From the NCBI RefSeq assembly GCF_037042905.1, contig NC_087245.1, positions 17,238,001 to 17,302,000 on the forward strand: DNA of 64,000 nt, given 5' to 3'. Source of the DNA: Lytechinus pictus (taxonomy: Eukaryota). Position numbers and translations under genes: made by a program. The notes beneath the pieces are model-generated. The model made no database searches, was not told the DNA's origin, and was given only the letters and a program-made list of their open reading frames with translations. This document shows, in pieces, positions 28,201-37,200 of the stretch (position 1 is its first letter; every line of letters begins with the position of its first letter).

Positions 28201-31200
28201 TGAACTATATCTTACCTGTACATTGAGAAGACTATAGGGGAGAATTATGCTCTGGAGAGGAGCAAACTTAACCTTGTTACCATCTTCTTGATAAAGCACC
28301 TAAACACAAACACAAAATGGGGGGGGGGGGGTCAGAAATTGAATTGATAAGTGATTAGATCTTACATCTAAGGGTTGATTACAATATTTCCATAATATAA
28401 TCAACCCTTTTGTACATGTACATCCGGTCCACATGTTTCTCTATTCTAACTTGACTTCATGAACTGCCCAAGCCATGAAAATTTGAGAGTATTCCAGTTT
28501 GTCACATGAACTACATACAAAACAAATCATTTGAGGAAATAAAAGGTGGGGGATCAGATAGAACTGTCCATGTATATCTTAACGCAAAATTATTTGGTTT
28601 AATCTACATAAACAGCGTTGCTGAATCCTGTGCATTATTAATGCATAAGACTTAAGCTAGAACATGATTTTAATCATCAGAAAATTGAGAAAGCAGTGAC
28701 CATTCTCTGTGTTTTGAATAAAGTTTAAATCCTTTTTGAGATATTTTATGAAAATCATTTTGACCTTTCATATTGCATGACAAACAATTATTTATATAAA
28801 AAGAGACAAAAGGAAATAAAATTCTCTCACCTGATAGAAGTTGATGGTATTTGTTCGAGCACAGGCAAGGACAGGGTCAACGACCTTAGCAGTGTCAGTG
28901 ACCTGGATGATGACAAACTGCCAGGCAAGGAGGGGCAAAGTTGAAGGGTCTCCCTGATAAAAAAGAAAGACAGTTCGCACTTTAATACTTTCACAGATAT
29001 CATATATTAAACTACTATTATAATTATACGGATTCCAAGTCAAGAAGGAAACACGACTGAAAGGAAAGTGATACATGTAATATCTAAGATCAAGAAATTT
29101 GAATAGGAAAGGGGAACACTTGATAAACATTTTTATTCTACTTCCATTTTTAAAGAATTCCATATCAAATTCTGACAAAAAATATTTCAGAAAGCAGAAT
29201 ATGACATAATTCCTTGATTGGCCGACTGACTATTAAATAGAGAACTTGTCATTTAAGTACATGTATCACCAAGTTTTCCAACTTATTTATGGACAACGCC
29301 CTTTGACCATTTTGAACTTACTCTGAGTTGCTTTGTAAACATTACAGTTAACCTAGGTCTCAGTCCAACAATGAACACCTGAAACAAATAAAAGGAAGTT
29401 ATCTCAACTTTACACACATACATTCAATGATATGCAATATGAAGACTACGTACATTGTAGATATTACCTTAAGAATTCATTCAGGGAACTATGGCAAATA
29501 CAAGTGCTGAAAGTTTTAGTTAAGTCACATCCAATTGCCAAATTCAAGTAGATGCAATAACCCATAATTTTGAGATTCTTTTTTAAATCAAGGAAAATGG
29601 TTAACACTATGATCATACAATAAGCAAAATATTGTGAAACTATGAAAGCTGATTGATAAACAAGCAGTGTTAAAAAAAACACTTAAAAATCACCAAGAAA
29701 AATAAGCACAAGTCAAATGTGGGCACATGCCATATTACACCATGTAATGTTGCTAATTACTGTGTATCTACTGTATTTTGACCAAAATCATTTAATGTTC
29801 ATTCTGTAATAGGTATAACTGGAACTTATTCTCAAGTAACTATCTTTATTAACAACTAAACCGAACGAAAAAGAACAAGTTTTGTTTGTACCTTAGAGAG
29901 AGTAGCCATGGCAAGAAGTGAGAAATCTTTGAGTGGATGACTTGTTATAGTGGTATCCATTCTGAGTGGGGCCAGGGTACACACCTCACCTCGGCTAAGA
30001 AACACAGAAGACATAAATCAAACTTAATTATATTTATTTACATACTGTACTCAACTCTAGGGCTTCATGGTTTTGGGTATTTTGGTATTTGATTTCAAGT
30101 TCTAAAGAAAATAATCAAGTAATTCTTAAAATTTTCTTTTAAATTTTCTGTGTAAGACTTTGTCCAATGCCACGCCTATATGGCTTTTATGGCATATGAA
30201 GATGAACTTGGCTTAATTAAACATGAAGCGTGAAATTGACATGAATCTGCAAAATCTGAGAAAAACTTTACCTTCCTGAAAACAGGCACCTTGACTCACA
30301 CGTTCTCATGCCCATAACTCTCCTGTAAGGAAGGACAAAAAATTCTCAATTGTAATTCAAAAAGTTGAAATGTCAAACAAATTGGCATTAATGCCCAACA
30401 AAATTTATGTGTCCTGTAACATCATAATATGAAATCAATATCTGCGATGTAACCCTCTTCTTTCACCTGTTTTACTTGTCACCAATATTGGCTCTATTTT
30501 ATGTTCATCTATTTCTCAATTTGCTAAACAGGTCTAATTGTATTCAGGTATCATTTGTACTAGTGTGAATAACATTTTTTCCCCTTATGCATTTGATTTT
30601 ATCCAAAAGTCCTAAAGTGTATATTTGATGTATATATATATATATATATAATGCAATCATATTATCAGAGATCAGTCAGACTGCAGGTCCCTATGCTAAT
30701 GAGCAAAAAGGCCAGATTCATCCAAATCATCTCGTGGCTGAATCCTCTTCCTTGCAAAATCTCGTGATTCATGAGATTTTCTTCCTCTAAGAATTTACCT
30801 GTTTTAACCTCAAGTCAAATGAAATATCAATGCACCATCAGATAGAGTAAATTTTACTCTTTCATATTGGTCATTTATTTTGTTTACAATATTTTCATAA
30901 ATAGGTGAATTTCTGGCCTGAAAATGTGCCTCAAAACTGAATTTTCTTCCTCTGTTTTCTTTTGCAAATTGTGCAAAACTTTTTATTTTGAGCCTCAATG
31001 ATATCTATATCACCATAAAGCTGAACTTCTGTACTTTCTCACAATGTCACTCTTGATATGTGGCACCTTTTAATCGGGTCAAGATCACACTTTTCCCTCC
31101 AAGGTACAAGACGAGATTTGGAGTAGCATGAAATCAAGAGTTCTGATTGGCTGGATAAGGTTCACAAAACAGGTGCGGGTAATTTGAGGAGATTACCACA

Positions 31201-34200
31201 TGAGGAGTGTGACCTTCCCGTGAACCCAGGCACTGGAACCGTTGGAATTTGCCATTGTGTGGTCTCTTTGACCAATCAGAGTGCAGTATTCTTGTTTTCA
31301 AGCTGCTTTATGTACTTGGCCAACGAAAAGTGTGATCTTGACCCGATTAAACCAATTCTTATTTTGAAACCTATACCATTTTACAGCATACATATTCAGC
31401 TTTATCATGATCTAAAAATTATTTGGGCTCAAACAGTAATAAAGTGTAAAAATAGCACCTTTGGTCAGGTGAAAATAATTATTTTTTAGCATAGTTTAGA
31501 TCAAAAGTTTCACCTTCGTTACAAAATCCTTGAACAAATTCAAACACATGATCTGAAAGAATGATTCTCCTCCTTTACGATGATACCAAAATCATGAAAT
31601 TTGATGTACAGTTAGAGCAGCAATGACCAAATGAAAAGGTGTTTTGGTCCGCATCAACCTCATTAAATATGCAAAACTTCTCTTGTCATGAATATCACTT
31701 GGATGAAAGAAGCCACTTTTGGGGGACCTGCCTACTGACTGAGATGAAATGAACAATGAACTCAACTGAACTTCATCCTGCTACTACTCAAACTATCACT
31801 ACTCAAGCCACATTCAGCTCATCTCATCTGGTTTACAGTCCTTTTCAGGACTTCACTCACTTTAAAGAAAACTTCTAATTTCCTCTTTTCATCCTTTCTC
31901 GTCTTTCCTTTTCAATTTTTCTGCCTGTATTTCCTTCCCTTCTTCATATAACACATGGTGAACCATAAACCTTCTCCATGTTATAAACTCGACCATGCAA
32001 ACCTACAAAGATCATCGAAATCAACTGATTGGAACAATTTGTACATGGTGTATGCTCAAGGATATTTCTAATTTTTCAGATTACATTCAATAAAGCACAA
32101 GTATTTGGGGTTTGATCAAAAACACTGCTTTAATTATTCACAGGTAGGTAGTGCAGTTAACAGATGAGGATGTCATGAAAAAATTCATTACTGATGTTTT
32201 CAATGACAACTGTTACAAGCTACTCAAATCCTTGAATCTGATTGGCTCAGAGCAGATTTGTCTCAGGAAAATTGATAAAGAGATGTTTCATGACACTCTC
32301 CGCAGATTACTTACTTCATGCTGAGCTCAAAGACAGATCCTCCCGAGTCACTACATATGGCTAAAGTTGGATCATCTGTGAACTGGTGGGAAGGAGGGGG
32401 GAGGATGGATTACAAAGATGCATTTGATAATCATTCATGGTCAATACACTTTACCATTTATCATATTCCCTGACTTCCAATGACCTTCCAGCATCTGACA
32501 GAAAGCTTTAATAGTGACTGAATGTATGTTTGATTTTCATGTTCAATTTACATTGTGGTCTATGAAATCTATCATAAAAAAAAAAAATTATGATCAATCA
32601 CTATGGTTTGCTTAATGAGTCCTGAGCTAAAAATATCATTTGGCATAATATGTCTTCAATAATTGCTATATTCCCTGGTTTTGGATATGGTTTCAGGGGC
32701 ATCGATTGCCAAATATTCAAATACAGAAATTGTTAATGTGGAATTGTTACAGCAGAAAAATTCATCCACTACAAAAAGTTCAGCTATCTCACTTGAATAT
32801 GAAGCACTGCAGAGCCGGGTGGATGGGCGTCAGTGATCGTTCGTAACAATTTTCCCGATGTCAAATCCCACATTGTCATCTACAAAGACGAAATAAACAT
32901 ATTTTTAATCTATTAGAGTTGATATTAATAAATAATGTGGTCAAGAGTAGAAATAGGTCTTTCCATTTCCCATCAAATCTGGGAAGATAGTGTTTCACCT
33001 ATATAAATAATTATTTTTTAAAAATCATAGCTGATGAAACAACCTCTGGAGTATGCATACCACAAATCAGGGGGTGTTTCACAAAGATTTAAGTACGACT
33101 TAGAGTCGCACTTAAATGTCTAGTTGCGTGCGGTATAAAAGGCATGACAGCATTGGTCAGATCACGCCAAGAGGATGCGCACTACTGCGTATTGATCAAT
33201 AAGATTGTGCGTTGCATATCATGTACGCATCGGCATTTAAGTGCAACCTAAGTCATACTTAAATCTTTGTGAAACACCCCCCAGGACTGCCACATCCTTG
33301 AAGTACATGTATAATTCAATTTTTTTTCAACATTATCAATAAAGTTTGATTTATCCTATAGATGTTTCATTAATCTTAAAATCAATTTCAATTTTGATTT
33401 AAGTTGATGAAACTGCAGGCACGGACTATGATTCAAAGTTTAATCAATAAGTGGATCTTCAGACCTCATCTTTTCAAAAGAAATGATTCACACAGAAAAG
33501 TACAAAAGACAGGAACTTTGAGAGTTTCCAGGAATGGTGCCTGAAATAATTACCTGTCCCTTTGCAAAGCCAGCCAACAATCTCGTACAATCATTGTTGA
33601 TACTAAGAGCAGACACTGCTCCGTACTGAGCACCTACAGCTGTGCTACCTAAGCACCATCTTAAAACTTGCTTGGGATCTAGTAGAAACATGATACACAG
33701 AAATAACTTAATGGCCAAGTTCAATAAGTTTGTTCAAATTGAAAAAAAAAGGAAAATCAATATTACTGAAAATATCACCCAAAACAGATGTAGAATAAGA
33801 AAAGTTGTAGCATTTGAAAGCTTTGCTTGTTTTTCACAAAAAAGTTTGAAATTTACCATTGGTGGCTAGGCAAATAAAGATAAAACCATACATTGACTAC
33901 TTCTTTTGTCTACAAAATATGAAACATTTCTATTTTTTCCTCCGACAAGATAAAACATTAAGTTTTGAAGTCAATATTGTTCAATATAGATAAAGAATTT
34001 TATAAGTAGGGAACATGAAAGTCCATGACTTGTTGATAATGTTGTGTTTAAAGTGTTCAGTTCCCAACATTTCATCCACTAGAAAACCAGATTATGCCCA
34101 CTAACTAAGATAAGACACCGTCGGAATCAAGAAAAAAACAACCATTCTGACACGACTCAGTCCTGTTTTCAACCTTCACTGGCCAATCACTTTGGCAACA

Positions 34201-37200
34201 AAAGAATTCTTCTGGTTGTAAAGCACAAAACAATTTAAGAGTCCAACCTTGAATTCACTCAAACATTATCTTTAAGTTAGTTGATGACAATTTTTCACAA
34301 CTGGGTTAATACCATAATGACTGATACTTTTCGTGACATATACAGACAAACATATGCTGCAGTCACACTTGGCAAAACCAACTCCAGGGCCCCATTTCAT
34401 AAATAGTTTATATGACCTTTCATTGGAAAAGCCAATCAAAAAGCAGAATTTTCACTGTTGTCATGGTAGTTGACATTCCAGCAAGCCATGCTATTATGTA
34501 ATTTGACCCAAACCGCACCAATGGTCTGTCATTAGTAATGTATACAGTAGCTTTTGTCGGTCTAGAGTTTGGTTTCCCAGTGTGACCAAAGCAATCATTT
34601 ATACTGATCAAGAATTATCTACATACCAAATACAAGGATGAGACCATGTGATGTCCCAACAGCCATCTGGATAGAGATAGCAATGGCTGTGGGTTTGCCT
34701 GCATCTACACGATCCTGTATGAAACACAGAGAAATTAGTTATTCCTTTCCATATACAGATGTGTTTCCTTGAACTGTCGCAATCCAGCAACCACGGGATA
34801 TTTCTAGATACCTGGGGCCCGTAACACAAAGCTTTGCAATGATCGTAGAACATTTTTCTATGATTGATTCCACTGACTACAATGTACAATCAATCGTGAA
34901 AATCAAGTGTACGATTAATCACCACCTTTGTGTTACTGGACCCTGGAATTAATGCTGTTTATTCTCTACAGGTTTGGATCAGGAGACAAATACATAACAT
35001 TAAATGACCCAAATTTAGGTATTTTTATACTTCTTACATTTTCATTAAATTCTGCATAAAGTTATTTAAGCAAAATTCATGAAATACTTATCATAATCAT
35101 CAGAGACATGTTTTGTGTTTTTTAAGTGATGTTGCTATATTTTTTTACAAGCATAATGGTTTTCCATTGCCCGTACTGCAGCTACATAAAGGTATTAGTC
35201 TTGGGAAGGGAGTTCACTTCAAGTTTCATATTGCAACAATTACCATTTGGGCACTAGTATTCAACCCGGCACAATTCAATCCATTTGTAGAAATTCCCCC
35301 AAATATTTAGAAATAGGGAATTTATCTTAATTTCATACCTTTGTTACTTACAGGGTAATCTGTTGTCGGTATTTTCTTAATCAATCTGTCAACTGTATGT
35401 GTGGAGGATCGAATTATGCGGCGATGATCTTTTGCACTGAATTGCACTAGTATTCAACCTAGTAATGATAGATAGCAAATCTCAAAATGGTTTAGATTGC
35501 TCAACTAGATCTAGATCTATTTAAGTCTCTGGCTTTGACTAATTCCCTGTTTTGTCTCATCTCAAATGGTCTAGTCCACAGTCGGATGGGACAAGGGCAG
35601 ATTGAGAGACAGGGCCATCTTTTATCACTAGGTTGAATACTAGTGTTGGCAGGTTGTATACTAGTGCAAAAAGCCATCGCCACATTATTCCATCGCACGT
35701 GCATATAGTCGACAGATTGATAAAAACAATACTGGCAACAGACAAACCTGAATTTCCTCTTGGAAATGAGAAAGGTCTAAACTTAAGGTAGATTCCCTAT
35801 TTCTATTTATTTGAGGAAGTTCTCCAAACGGGTTGAATACTAGTGCATGCTCTCTCAATAAAGTCAAGGAAGATAATACATTAGAAGTTTGAAGGAAAAA
35901 AATGCAAAGTGAGATGAAGAAGATTTCTATGAATAAGATTGTCTACACTTTTTGAAAATTGACTATTCCTATATGTAAACTTATATTAAAACCTTTCAAA
36001 GCATGTCCATCTCTTAATTTTGTCATGTTACCTGAGCAATAAGTAGAACAAGTAAAGTAGGGGGCCAAAGTATTCAACTGAAAACAAGGACAGAGCTGCC
36101 AACCTTATAAAGTACAAATTAGTACTGCGGCACCTCAAATTTCACAATTAGTAATATTGTACACTGTATGACTTATTTCCTAGAAAAATAGGATGTTGCA
36201 TCATGCGGCATACTTGCACATAGTAAATGATGCATATGATCAAATAATATAAATAAACAGACTAAGAAAAACCATCATAGAAGGGTTTACCACACATGTA
36301 CATATAATGTATTATTACCAAACAAATGGAAAAACTTGCCTTTTCTATGATGTTTAAAGATGTATTTGGACATGTTTAAAAATTACTAATAATAGAGCAA
36401 GTACATATGGCAAAATTTCATGTAACATATAATCAAGCCAGTGAGTATTCAATGTATGTCTATTAGCACTCACATTCATAATTTGTTATTTTGAAAAGTG
36501 GTCTGAAATAAGAAACAATTAGAACAAGTAGTTATCAAACAATCCAATGCTAGGTCAGGCAAAGATGACAGTTCTCAATACTTACAGCAGCTGATGATAC
36601 TTGGGATGCAATTCCTCTTAACATCACATGTCTCAGAATTGAACCATGTGCCTCATATTGGATATTCTTCTTCCTGCAGAAGGAAAAATGGAATGTATCA
36701 ACAGCTTTAAAAACTTAATTATCATATTCAAGACCTTCATCAAACAATTTGCTATGATCATTGCATGCAGGCATCAGGAATCATTCAGGTTTTTTTTAGC
36801 CTATCACTCATTTTTCTTTACAAGTGCATATCCAATGTTTTTATCCCAGCCCCTTTCTTTCTCTGTATGTTTATTTCTGTTTATAGTAATGCTGGGGGAA
36901 ACAGAGAAACAGTAACTTATTGAAATTGGAATTGCGAGAGAATTAAATAACATAGGGATAGCTTGGATGATGTTTACTTTTGTAATAAACTTTTTTTTCT
37001 CAAGATATTGTCTATCAAGTCAAATAAACATGAAGATGAGTATTATTTTTTCTTTCTCTTGAATGAAATTTCAATAACATTAAAAATAATTATACACTGA
37101 ATGCGACTGAAATAGTATGACTTACTGGTGAGCTGAGGGAGATTTATCAGGGGTTGCCGGTGTCTCAGATAAAGAGACACTATCACTGTTGTCAGGGCCA

